Shown: positions 11,064 through 22,266, numbered from the whole stretch's first letter. The stretch is DNA of 63,910 nt, filler included, from Licmophora abbreviata (GCA_900291995.1; 10 parts of 10 records of this genome joined end to end with filler, not necessarily neighbours in it), one strand, 5' to 3'. Notes: generated by a model from the sequence alone, not told the origin. Numbers and translations are program-made.

Positions 11064-11522
11064 ATGTCTTGCTCTTGTACTTCTTTCCTCCGGGGCTGTG
11101 TCGGTGTCTCTGTGACGCTGTGCTTCCTCTTGTTGGCCATCTTTGAGGCCGCCCTCGCCGTCCATGCGCCCATTATCGAGAAGGTGTCCGTGAATGAACT
11201 TCCTTTGGCCCTTCGCTATGTCAGCGGTGTCGCTTCTTTCCTTTGGATCTTCGCAATGGCTGTCATCGTCCAACGCTCGGGTCTCGCCAACCTCGGACTG
11301 TCGTACGATTTCGCCCTTTGGGCTACCTACGGACTGACTGCTGGGTGGATCGCCTGCACTGTCCTCAATGTCATGTCGGATAGCCGAGTTGAACGTGAGA
11401 TCTGGGGACCCGTCACCAGTGGTCTTGGTCTCCTCTGCCTTTTCCTGTCTTGTTCAGGATCGGAGGAGGAAGAAGAGGAAGAGCGTACCGGCATGGAGGA
11501 GCCCCTTTTGCGAGTGGTATAG
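11064..11522 (+). CDS. 4-TM membrane protein, tandem array copy 1
   Basis: FEAALA..LRYVSGVASFLWIFA..QRSGL..GL..EREIWGPVT; acidic tail ending MEEPLLRVV. Confidence 0.85.
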   Translation: MSCSCTSFLRGCVGVSVTLCFLLLAIFEAALAVHAPIIEKVSVNELPLALRYVSGVASFLWIFAMAVIVQRSGLANLGLSYDFALWATYGLTAGWIACTVLNVMSDSRVEREIWGPVTSGLGLLCLFLSCSGSEEEEEEERTGMEEPLLRVV

Positions 11523-12347
11523 ACACATCAGCTGCTTTCTCCTACTAAACGATCACACAGCTGGACGAAGGAATGGACGTTCCGTCAGAGCTTCTGGCGT
11601 TTCGTCGTTCTGCATACATGGCGTTAGGATTGTAACATAGAACATTTTACGAGAAGATGTGTCAAGTTCTGTCGTCCAATATTTATCTTTCTAGGTTGCT
11701 ACGAATCACAAAGGGAAGATGTTGATCTTTTCTGAAGACTTCAGTCACGATGCCCAATCACGCAATACACTATAGGGCGTACACGAGCGCCGCGCCGTCC
11801 ATGCTCAAGTCAGACATCACGAAAGCGGATCACACCAAGGTTCCAAGGTCTTGCTTCGCCGCTTGCTCGTATTCTATCCAATCAAATAATAGTACCAAGT
11901 CGCACTCGCACTCGCACTCTGTTGTCATTCGGTGCAATATCGGAATCTCGGTCTTTCCGATCGCGAGTAGTCTAGCATGGTCCCATGTATACTACTAGTT
12001 GGTCCAAGGTAGTTTAGGAAGCGATAAATCATTCGAGAGATAGAAAGTGCCTCGTAGTTCGGAAACTTAAATCCATAATCAATGGGCTCTCATGTACACT
12101 ATAATTCCTTGTGCCTGGGCGCTAATAGACGGAGATGACACACTCGCCTCCGACTCGTGACTCAATTCTCGGCGGACTCGGGACTTTTTGGCGCGCAACT
12201 TTGAGACACGAGATGAAGTTTGAAGTTAGTTGGCGCGCTCGCGCCGGTTGGAAGGCGCACCTGTGAGAAAATTTGAAAGACGTCATTAGGTAGATTCCAC
12301 GTCGGAACTGGTACATGGACCGTTGGATGCGTTGAGTTGGGCGGGAA

Positions 12348-12374
12348 GTTGTTGTTGTTGTTGTTGTTGTTGTT
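12348..12374 (+). repeat. (GTT)9 microsatellite upstream of array copy 2
   Basis: Nine perfect GTT units followed by degenerate units. Confidence 0.9.
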
Positions 12375-12447
12375 GCTGTAATTGCTGTTGTTGTGTAACA
12401 CGACCACATTCAGACGAATGCCGAGGCGCGGATGCATCGAAAGTACC

Positions 12448-12990
12448 ATGATTGCTCGGCTCCTCCTTCGTGCTGCGGCATCTATCGTCGCTAGTTCCTT
12501 CCTTTTCCTAAGCGTGTTCGAAGCCTCCCTCGCGGTCGAGACCCCGATAGCCGGAAAGGCATACAGCGACGTTGCGGACGACAATGATACGGTGGTCATG
12601 CTGCGATGTGCCAGTGTCGTGGCTTCGATTCTCTGGCTGTTTGCTGCTGTGATCTTTATTCATCATTCTGGACTTTTTGACTGTGGTCTCTCGTCAGACA
12701 TTTCGACCTTGACCGCTTGGGGCATCTCGGTCGGATGGAGTGTTTGCAGCGTTCTCTACATCGCACCGTCAACCACTGGCAAGTGGACCATATATCACCC
12801 ATACCCTGTGACACTACTACTTGCCGCAACATGCATACTCGTCACTTACAGCGGGCACCCAGAAATATTCGAAGAAGAGGAAGAAGAGCGAGAGGACCAA
12901 CCGCTCATCACAGTATCGTCCACAGTCGAGCGCCAGAAGGAAATACGCGAACCTTTGTTGAAAGCGGATGTGGCTGTGCAGGTTGTTTGA
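12448..12990 (+). CDS. 4-TM membrane protein, tandem array copy 2
   Basis: FEASLA..LRCASVVASILWLFAAVIFIHHSGL..CGL; tail EEEEEEREDQPLI..REPLLKADVAVQVV. Confidence 0.85.
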   Translation: MIARLLLRAAASIVASSFLFLSVFEASLAVETPIAGKAYSDVADDNDTVVMLRCASVVASILWLFAAVIFIHHSGLFDCGLSSDISTLTAWGISVGWSVCSVLYIAPSTTGKWTIYHPYPVTLLLAATCILVTYSGHPEIFEEEEEEREDQPLITVSSTVERQKEIREPLLKADVAVQVV

Positions 12991-13502
12991 TTCCATGCTT
13001 CCCATACAATTCATATCATTGAAGTATATATAAAATGACAAACTTTCTAAGTGTATGTTTCCAACAAGCATCATGGACATACCCTGGTGGATTTGGCTTG
13101 CCTACCAGTAGCTCGTCAAGGCATGTGTTGCGCTCCATAGATTCTCTCTAGCTAGCGTGCACGTTCGAAATCATTGCTCTAGGCCCTCTATTCCTTATTG
13201 TTTGCGAATGGCTGGCAAGCAGATCGACCTACTTTCACAACGGCTCAATTCGAAGTGCATGTCTTGCATCTTCTTTGTCGGTACACCATCACTCGATCGC
13301 ACAGCCGGTCAGACCTCGTCGACCATCATCACTTGTCCCGATGACGTCACATCATCATCATTGTGACCCTTCGATGACCACGATAAATGTCAGTGGCACA
13401 TTCCAAATTTTCCGAGTTGCGATGCCGCGTTCACAATTTTGTTCGGACTTATCAGGACCGCGGCGACACAGGCATCATCAACTGATGCACCAAGAAGCAA
13501 CC

Positions 13503-14063
13503 ATGACAAGTTCAATCGGTCTTTTCTTCCTTCGCTCTGCTGGAATCTTCGTGGCAGGCTTCTTCCTGTTCCTAAGCGTTTTCGAGGCGTCGCTTGCGAT
13601 CGACTTCCCGCTCATCGGCAGAGCGTATCAAGATGGCGACACAAACGAAGACATTCTTACCCTGCTCCGCTGCGCCAGTGTCGTGGCATCCGTACTTTGG
13701 CTCTTCGCTGCAGTGATCTTCATTCACCAGTCACAAATACTAGACTGCGGTCTTCCTTCCGACATTGTCAACCTGACGGCATCGGGTATCACTGCCGGAT
13801 GGGTCATCTGTAGTGTCGTCTACTTTGCCTCGGACAATGTCTCTGAGCGCCAAGCACTTTGTCCCATCACTGTGGCACTCGCTCTTATTTGTGCCTTCAT
13901 TTCATCCCACAATAGTACTTCTTCAGAGACAGGCGAGATGGAGAATGATTGTCAGTACACAATCTTGCCAGAAGAGAAAGTCGTGCCGAAGGCTTCAAGT
14001 CGACTAGAGCAGGACCTAGCCGAACCCTTGCTGAAGGCCCATACTGGAATCCAGATCGTTTAA
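13503..14063 (+). CDS. 4-TM membrane protein, tandem array copy 3 (closest to copy 2)
   Basis: FLFLSVFEASLA..LRCASVVASVLWLFAAVIFIHQS..CGL..ERQALCPIT; tail AEPLLKAHTGIQIV. Confidence 0.85.
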   Translation: MTSSIGLFFLRSAGIFVAGFFLFLSVFEASLAIDFPLIGRAYQDGDTNEDILTLLRCASVVASVLWLFAAVIFIHQSQILDCGLPSDIVNLTASGITAGWVICSVVYFASDNVSERQALCPITVALALICAFISSHNSTSSETGEMENDCQYTILPEEKVVPKASSRLEQDLAEPLLKAHTGIQIV

Positions 14064-14677
14064 TTAAATAGAAAGAACCGTAGTTGTGCAAATTCGCATG
14101 TCAGTTTTCTTCTTGGCGTCTGATGGTGTTGTATGTATAACTACGAAGCACTTCTCCGAGAAGTACTTGATACAGTCTGTAATTCCTGGTAGTCTAAATA
14201 TGCAGGCAGACAGCGAAACCATCATGACCCCATAAAGCTCTTATTGAGCAACAAGCCGACGAGTCGGGGCTGACTTAGACTTACTATAGATAAGCACAAA
14301 GGGAAGGGTGCTGCGATATAGACTCAAGAGATGTTCCCAACGAAACTGAAAATCGTGCGATCGTGCGACTTCAGTCAAATTTTCGGATGCTATTTAAAAT
14401 TTGGTGGGGTTCGCCCCTGACGTCACTGTTGCTACCCGGAGGTGGCATTGCGTGAACCTCTTATTATTGTTCCGTTTATATACTAATGAAAATATGGATA
14501 CGAGACGAGTATTGACCCTCGCATCACGATTTTCGTGTAAACAGGATCCAGATGGCGTCGTGTTCCCGGTATTATGGCTCAACCTCATTCATTGATCCCG
14601 ACAGTAACGACGACGGCGTCCCATCTCAACGTTCCTTTGTCTGTCATTGGACCTTTCCTTGCCTACACTATCCAACC

Positions 14678-15172
14678 ATGCTTCGTTGTGCTTGCCCAGA
14701 AATCGCTGGACTCGGCGTGACCGTCTTCTTTCTCCTTTTGAGCGCCTTCGAGGGAGCGCTGGCTCTTGGATTGGGTTTCGCAAGCGTCGACGACGAATTG
14801 CATAAGATGCCGGCTCCTCTTCGCTGCGCCAGTGTTATTGCTTGTTTTCTGTGGATGTTTGCCGCTGTCATTGTTGTTCAGCGCTCTGGTCTGTTATACT
14901 GTGGTCTCTCCCACGACTTTGTGCGCGCCGTGACTCACGGATTGGCTGCAGGCTGGACGCTCTGCACGTGCCTCCATCTTGCTTCCAGCAACCCCTTGGA
15001 GCGCTGGGGGTGGAGTCCCGTGACTTTGATGCTTGCATCGATTTGCTGGGTTCTTGCGAAGCACAAGAAAGCGAAATCGTCGGACGATGAATTCGAATCG
15101 GACGACGACGAGCTCAAGTTCGACGACGAAGTTGCCGTGGAATTGCAGGAACCTTTCCTCCCTGTGGTGTAA
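14678..15172 (+). CDS. 4-TM membrane protein, tandem array copy 4
   Basis: FEGALALG..PLRCASVIACFLWMFAAVIVVQRSGL..ERWGWSPVT; acidic tail ending QEPFLPVV. Confidence 0.85.
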   Translation: MLRCACPEIAGLGVTVFFLLLSAFEGALALGLGFASVDDELHKMPAPLRCASVIACFLWMFAAVIVVQRSGLLYCGLSHDFVRAVTHGLAAGWTLCTCLHLASSNPLERWGWSPVTLMLASICWVLAKHKKAKSSDDEFESDDDELKFDDEVAVELQEPFLPVV

Positions 15173-15773
15173 AGCTTACTACTAAGGTCAGCAGTCATTG
15201 AACTTCAAAAGGTAATTAACACTATGTTTTAGGATTATTTATTTCAAATTTGAAGTGAGTGTCGTCAATCGTTCTGCGAGGCAATTTCCGGGGAAGACAA
15301 ATTATTTGTTGTCTGAGGGAAGAAATGGTGTCGCTCAATTGGCTTCAGGATCCCACAACCTGTCATTGCAAGGACCTAATTGATTGGTAGCATTTTCCAT
15401 TTGTCCAGATGGTGGATCATCATTCATGTCATGCAGGTTGATGCGATTGATCGATTTGGTCCATCATCGTGTGAAGACTCCGCGAAATCTGCAGAAAAAT
15501 TCTGATGCCGTCGGCCTTCCTGCGCGCCAGCCTTCTCACGGCGCGTGTGCCTCGCGGTGTGTCAACTTTTGTCATCACAACTCACAACATCACAGGACAT
15601 TACACCAGAGGACATCATCATCATTCGCCCACCACATGAAAAGAGATCAAGCTTCTTTCTAAAACCTCCATGAACTGATACCTTTCCTCATTTGACCAAC
15701 ATGGACGGGCCGAAAAAGGCAACTCCTCTCTGAGAAAGTTCCCGCCGTCGTAGTACTCACAGTATCCAGAGCC

Positions 15774-16229
15774 ATGTTTCGTCGCTGCTCACTCCGTCGT
15801 ATCGCTGGAGTTCTTGGCACTTTCGGTTTTCTGTTTACAAGCGTTTTTCAGACAGCGCTTGCTCTTGGAGCTCCCCTCGGCTGGATATCATACGGCGGCT
15901 CGTGGAAGGGCGCAGTGCCTGTCTCCGTCCGATGCGTCAGTGGTGTCGCTGCCGTGGTTTGGTTGTTTGCCGCGGCTGTTGTCCTACAACGCTCAAACCT
16001 AATCATGATCGGGTTGCCCAACACACTAACGCGAAATTCCATCCGTATGTTTGCTGTGATCATGTCATTCGAGTTTGCCTTAAACTGTCTTACTCCCAGT
16101 CGCGCAGAGCTATTGATGTGGGCACCAACCACGTTTGTGATGGCAGTTTCCTGCATTTTCCTTGCCCACACGGGGAACGAAAGGCTCGATGGAGAAGAGC
16201 TATCTTTGCTAGAAAACACGACGACATGA
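15774..16229 (+). CDS. 4-TM membrane protein, tandem array copy 5 (most bacterial-like)
   Basis: FQTALALGAPLGWISYGGSWKGAVP..VRCVSGVAAVVWLFAAAVVLQRS..LNCLTPSRAELLMWAP; tail EELSLL. Confidence 0.85.
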   Translation: MFRRCSLRRIAGVLGTFGFLFTSVFQTALALGAPLGWISYGGSWKGAVPVSVRCVSGVAAVVWLFAAAVVLQRSNLIMIGLPNTLTRNSIRMFAVIMSFEFALNCLTPSRAELLMWAPTTFVMAVSCIFLAHTGNERLDGEELSLLENTTT

Positions 16230-16656
16230 CAGGTGCTTCTTGGTCAGGCCTAGACTGCAACAGTTGGAAATTTCCTCGCGAAGCGCTCAACATTATGCTG
16301 GGTTTGACATTGCGGCCGGAGCAACTGCGTTATCTCTGCCATGAATCGTCCCAAGTATTCATACACAGCGAACATCTTGTGCGCCGCCGCTAGTCTCGGG
16401 CGGCGTTAGCCTTCATCAGTATGTGCTACTCTGTAGTATCTGCATCATATGTTAGCCGAGCCAGCGATCGAAGGAACGAAATACACCCGGAAACAGTGTG
16501 ACTCACTCGACTCAACTCTCGCAACGGATCACGCGCTGCTGAATTGTGGCTCCGCGCTCCGCGATGGTAGTCTAGACTATCGCCACTTTTGGTGACGAGT
16601 CACAGCCGCGACAAAACGCATCATTTCTTGTGACTTTAGGAACCAAAGACGATACA

Positions 16657-17115
16657 ATGGCGACTCTCTCTTCAATCCAATATGTTGCTGGTGTCTTTGC
16701 AGCTTTTGGTTTTGCATTCATCTGTGGATTCGAAATTGCGTACGCTCTGACTGCCGCTGTCACCCATTCCTCGTCGCCAGTCTCGCTTCGTTGGGTCAGC
16801 GGTATGTCTTCATTCTTATGGATGTTCGCTTCTGCGTTGGTTTTGCATCGCTCGGGCTTGGTAGACATCGGATTGAATCCCCTGTACGCACGTGGCGCCA
16901 CATATGGTCTTGCGGCGGCCATGATGGTCGGATTTGGGCTAGTATGTTTCTGCTCGCTCAGTACGTCACGGTGGATATGGGGACCGACGACTCTTATTCT
17001 AGGGATTCTATGTCTCGTTCTTGCTCATCCGAAACCGGAGGAAGAATCCTCACGTGCAAGCAGCAACCCAGAATTCACTAGAGAACCTTTCTTGGCGGTC
17101 GCGGTCGTCATGTGA
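16657..17115 (+). CDS. 4-TM membrane protein, tandem array copy 6
   Basis: FEIAYAL..LRWVSGMSSFLWMFASALVLHRSGLVDIGL..RWIWGPTT; tail REPFLAVAVVM. Confidence 0.85.
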   Translation: MATLSSIQYVAGVFAAFGFAFICGFEIAYALTAAVTHSSSPVSLRWVSGMSSFLWMFASALVLHRSGLVDIGLNPLYARGATYGLAAAMMVGFGLVCFCSLSTSRWIWGPTTLILGILCLVLAHPKPEEESSRASSNPEFTREPFLAVAVVM

Positions 17116-17801
17116 TGATTGTCATTTCCGCAGTTTGGCTCATGGAAAGAGCTACATCTTGTGGCGCAGTCTTGTCGCGGATACCGCACTAAAGTGTACA
17201 TAGATAAGTCGTTACTCATGATTTTGTATACTTTGGGAGGAAACCCTTATTGCGAATCTCAATGCATGTTAGCGTTGAAAGTCTACACGATGGAGCGATG
17301 TCTTGGTCCTTTCCCATCCTACCATTTCCACTTCAAAACGTATGCTCCGCGTCCCAAGTTGATGTGCGCTCTCTGAAGCTGCAACGATATCGACCAAGCT
17401 CGCATACTCTAACTTAGCCTTTGCCATCCTCTTGCTGCGATACGCAAAAGCACGCCCCTATTACTCGCCATTGTATTATCTAGTATCGCAAAGATTAGTA
17501 CTGGCCGTCGTGCGTCATCCGCTTTCTCTTGTGCGTAAAAGATCTGATGGAGCGCGCACACTTGAGTTGTGCGCGAAGAGCGCGTCGCGCGCATTGAAGT
17601 TTCTTGTATTACTCATATCAAAATTCACCTTAACTGTTAAACAATCATTGCAATGTGATGTGAGCGAGAATGGCGTTTTGGATGCGCGTAGTGTGTTGCG
17701 AGTGTCACGCAAAAGTGCAAGGAACGCAAGCCAATTGTTCTTTGAGTTCTACTGCCGGGCTTAGCTTCTGAATCAATCACCCATTCGCTTCTGATATACC
17801 A

Positions 17802-18470
17802 ATGGAGCCTACCAACTTGAGGCTCCCCATGGGAGACTCGCCGGACTTTGAGTTGGACGATGGAAAGCTCGAAGTCGAGGAATCACCAAAATGGGGCACT
17901 GTTCCGTTGCTGGCTCTGTTTGTTCTAGCGATATTGACAGTTCATTTCACATGTGTAGTTGTGAACTACATTGTCTGTTTTTATCGCTTTCTTATGGTCT
18001 GGAACCAGATATTTCGAATGCATAGGGTGGAGCAGCAATGGATGCCGACCATTCCATGTTTATCTCAACGCACCATTGAGAATTCATTAGTGTCTCACGT
18101 GTACGAGACTATGTCAACCGCCGAACCCAAGAAAGAGATTGATATGGCTTGTCCAATCTGCCTTGGTGATTTCTGTAGGTAGTGAATAGAAGTTGCTCTG
18201 GTCCTTTCCGGATGCCGTCGAACTAACCCGCGGTCGTTCGCTTCCCATTCCTAAATTCTGTATAACGCAGACAGTACTGACCTCGTGAGTCATGGGCAAA
18301 ACTGTAACCACGTTTTTCACAGAGATTGTATATCAGTTTGGTTACAAAAGCAGCAAAGCTGCCCGTGCTGTCGACAGGATATTGCGTCACAACCCGAGAC
18401 TCCCGAAGAGCTATCAATGCTTTACGAATACTTCAAAATGTCGATTGCGATGGCTGGCCTCTCATCGTAA
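17802..18470 (+). CDS. Transmembrane RING-H2 E3 ubiquitin ligase, 2 exons (17802-18174, 18271-18470)
   Basis: TM segment, then CPICLGDF. Intron 18175-18270 (GTAGGT..CTAAC..CAG). Continuation CNHVFHRDCISVWLQKQQSCPCCR. Confidence 0.85.
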
Positions 18471-18588
18471 TGTAGAAATGGAAATCAACCCAGAGGTCCT
18501 CAGAAGACAGCGGTTGGTTGAGCTCACAAAGAAAGACTTAACTTACTATCGTCGTGTAAACTAAGGAGTTTCATAGCATTGCGTTGCT

Positions 18589-19556
18589 CTAGCTATCATA
18601 GCGTTCCGTCGTCACTTCGTCCAGGTTGAGAATGCCCGATATCGACTGGTTGTGCAGTGCTCGTGCGATAGCTTCTGCGAGCAAAGGAGCTACGTTCAAT
18701 TGTCGAATGTTGGCAGGCAGAGTCTCTTTTCCTACCGAATTCGATACAAGCAAATAGTCCAGCCCCTCCACGGCTTCAATGTTGTCGGTCGACGTAAAAA
18801 CACCGTGTGTCGCCCACATGTAAACGGATTCTGCTCCCGATTCCTTCAACTGCTGCACCCCTGCAACCAATGTGCTCCCAGTACTAATAATGTCGTCCAC
18901 AATAATGCACTTGCGTCCCTTTACATGACCAACGAGTTGAGGTTCAAAGTCTTTCTGGCCTCGGCTCTGTCGGCTCTTGGAAATGAAGGCCATTTCTACT
19001 TCCTCACCACTGAGGCGTTGCAGCACAGTACGAAAGTGGGCGGCACGTTCGACTTGCCCCTCGTGCGCTGCAACAACCGTCACCTTGGGATATTTGAGTT
19101 GACCATCTGTTCCTGACTCTTCCGCCATGGCGACAAGCTCCTCGTGAAAGTAAGCGGCAGCGACCGGTCCCGGAAGGAGATGCTGTATGTGGAAAGTATG
19201 ACGAAGAGAGTTCAAGACTTAGTCAGAGTCAGTTCTTGGAGTGCGGCGACAAACAACAAATCATTTCTCACCTCCACTGGAATCTTCGGTGGGAAGAAGC
19301 CAACGAGCGAGTCATTGTGCAAATCCATACACATGACGTGATCCACCCCGACTTCCTCCAACATGAGAGCCACATCAGCAGCCGCGATAGGTTCTCGCTT
19401 GAGCCGACGGTCCTGGCGGCTGTAGCCATAGTAGGGAATGACGGCTGTCACTGTCTTGGCGTTTGCCCTTCGAAATGTCGAGATCATCAACAAAAGCTCC
19501 ATCAACGCGTCGGAAGACGTGGTGGTGTTAATTATGTAAACATTCTTTCCACGTAC
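18589..19556 (-). CDS. PRS: Ribose-phosphate pyrophosphokinase (PRPP synthetase), 5' end lost in gap; intron 19183-19271
   Basis: [43 protein letters not shown]. Confidence 0.92.
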
Positions 19557-19656
19557 NNNNNNNNNNNNNNNNNNNNNNNNNNNNNNNNNNNNNNNNNNNN
19601 TTAATTAATTAANNNNNNNNNNNNNNNNNNNNNNNNNNNNNNNNNNNNNNNNNNNN

Positions 19657-22266
19657 GAGCAGGCTTACAGCCTTCAAGCTTTTTCAAACTTTCTCTCAGA
19701 TCCGAAGGTTTCTTCATCTGAAATTCCATCGTCGGGTCCATGGAGTCAGGGGTGAAGAAAGACTTCGAGCTCTTTCCAACGTCTCCATCTTGGTTGGGTG
19801 ACGCCGGATCGGCAGAAAATATTGCGGGGCCCGAATGATGAGACCGGGGGGACGACACAGATTCGCCATGCAAAAAACCGGTTCGGAACGGTGAGATCGA
19901 TCGATGTCTCTGCCCGTGCGATTTGCTGCGAGGAGTCAATGCATATGATGGCTTCGGATCCCAAGGGTAACTCTTGCGGGTCAGCAAATCGCGGGGCGAA
20001 CGAACTGGAGTCGATAGCACAGATATCACAGCCCTCTCGCGAGGTTCGGTGGAGTCGAGATCACGCAGTTCAATCGGGGACACGCGGGCTTTGCTCTCTT
20101 CATCTGCCAGGAGCTTGGCAGGCGACTCATCCTCTTCTTCCGTGCCATGTAGATCAATCGGTGAAACGCGCGACCTTGCGTGTTCATCTTCAAGAAGCTG
20201 CATTGCAGAGGCATCGGGCCCTTCTCGCCTCTCAATAGAATCATCGCGCTGACGAAACGTTTCGCTTACATCCTTGTTCTCGTCTTTCGATGGGGGCAGG
20301 GCAATCAAAGCAACAACGTTCTCGGATTCGGGGGTGCGGGACGAAGTTGGTGACAGATGCTGACTCGGCCAGACATCTAATCTTGCACTCTTGCCACTCG
20401 ACTTCGTCGAAGCACGGGATACGCCATCGCAGGAGGGACAAGAGCCATGGTCTTCCGGAGAGTACTTATTTCCATTGAGACGAGATGCGTCGTTGGATTC
20501 GGCACCAAGCGCTTCCTCCACCAAGCTTGCAATCTTTGGGGCCATTGGACTTGGAGGCACCTTGAATGGCGAGTCACCTTCACTAGAATCGCCTCCATCA
20601 GGATAGAAGACATCGTTGTCATAGTCCATGCTGATGCCATTCAATTTTGGGGGCGGTTGGATACGCGACACCGATTGCTCGTCATCGTCGATCAACGTGC
20701 TGGGTTGGATGCGACGAGTAATTCCCATGGTGTAGAGCGATTCTTCTTCAAAGCTCCCCATGGTTGCGTCCATGTCAACAAGTCGCTTCTTCTTGGGTGG
20801 CTTGCGTCCCGCTGTGTGCTCTCCCAAGGTAGTATTGGCCAAGGAACGATTATCATCATCCAGCTGCACCACTTCAGGCACAAATGGAAGCACCGATTGG
20901 CCCTGAGAGGAAGACTTGCTCGAAGAGGGACGTTTTCGACCCGATGTTGACGTTTCATAAGTGGCAGTCTGCGGATTAATGGGCGTGCGCACATCCTCCT
21001 CGTCCATGCTCTTCTGGCGGTCTCGATTGGAAGCGCACAGATAGAGAGAGAAGCAACAAGCCATTACTGCTACCGCGGTGCCACCTACAATGGCAGCAAC
21101 AACTCCCGGGCCGATCCCATCGGAGCTCGACGCAGGCACAATAACTTCTTCACTTGTGGGCTGCGCTGATGGAATGTCGTCAGACTCCATGGATGGCTGA
21201 GCTGTAGGTCCTGAGAGGGAAGAGTCCACTATCCGACTCGGCGACACAGAAGGCACAGACGACGGGAGGGTAGACGGTACCAACGTCGGCGAGGCTGAAG
21301 TCGGTGGTATGGTCGGAGACGGTGTGGGCATTCTCGAAGGCAATTCCGATGGGACCAACGACAGAAGTACTGATGGGCTGATAGAAGGTGCCTTCGTCGT
21401 AGGCACCGGTACAGTCGGAGAAGTAGTCGGCGCCTCGGTCGGGGCAGAGCTGGGCGCAGTCGTCGTGGGCACCGCGGATGGACTCGACGTTGGCGCTGTC
21501 GACGGTGCCAGCGTACTGGGTGCTTGGCTGGGCGTGGGAGTAGCCAGCTCTTCCAACACTTCCACGTCTAAGAGATCGTCAAAAGGCGGGAACGTCAAGA
21601 GCAAATTGCGCGTCCGCACGCGGCCACCACGGCCACGATTGAAGCCATTCTCTACGAGATCATACACTTCATCGTCAGTAGTAGGTTCGACGTCATCAGA
21701 TGACGTGACATAGACAACTTGTTGCAACAAGATTTCGATGGAAAGGTAGTTGGGACCTAAACTCTCGGCACCAGTGTCGTAGTCTCGGTTGGTGGCGAGC
21801 AAAGTGCATTCGTTATCAGTTGCATTCGTTTCAATGATGAGATTCACGTCTGCTGCAGAGTTTCTCACTTGAGACCCCGAGGCCTAGAGGACGAAGTTAA
21901 GAAAAGAAGACAAGGACAGTAAGAAACAAAATTGAGATCTGACCTGTATGCAGCAGCAAGATGGAGACTCCATTTATGCCGTACCTGATCGTGAATGACA
22001 CTACAGAGCGCATCCACGGCCTCATTGGTCGGATCCAAAGTCTCCAACATTTCGGCCGTCGTTTCGGTGACAAAGTGGAGCGCCAAGACAATGGAAACAA
22101 CATGCGTGGAGGTTGTTTCGACCAAGAGACGCTGCTGCTGCTGACGAGAAGTACGAAGGTGATGGGTCACCACGGCACTAGTCTGGTCGGACGTCGACAG
22201 CATGAACGTAGTCCCAATAGACACGGCCAACAGGCCCAATATCATGAGAGCAGCGGCGACCTTCAT
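19657..22266 (-). CDS. Mucin-like Pro/Thr/Ser-rich membrane protein; intron 21884-21984; 3' end runs into gap
   Basis: Hydrophobic N-terminus, phase-0 GT-AG intron joining two ORFs, PTxxPS repeats, TM segment GVVAAIVGGTAVAVMACCFSLYLC, long Ser-rich cytoplasmic tail. Confidence 0.75.

Noticed and set aside
12122..12599. Minus-strand ORFs with poly-Thr or poly-Asn runs
   Set aside because: They are translations of the (GTT)n microsatellite and run antisense to array copy 2.
11064..17115. Array as an assembly duplication, a CRISPR-like structure or an integron-like cassette array
   Set aside because: The copies are highly diverged at the nucleotide level. No direct repeats, attC-like sites or integrase were seen.
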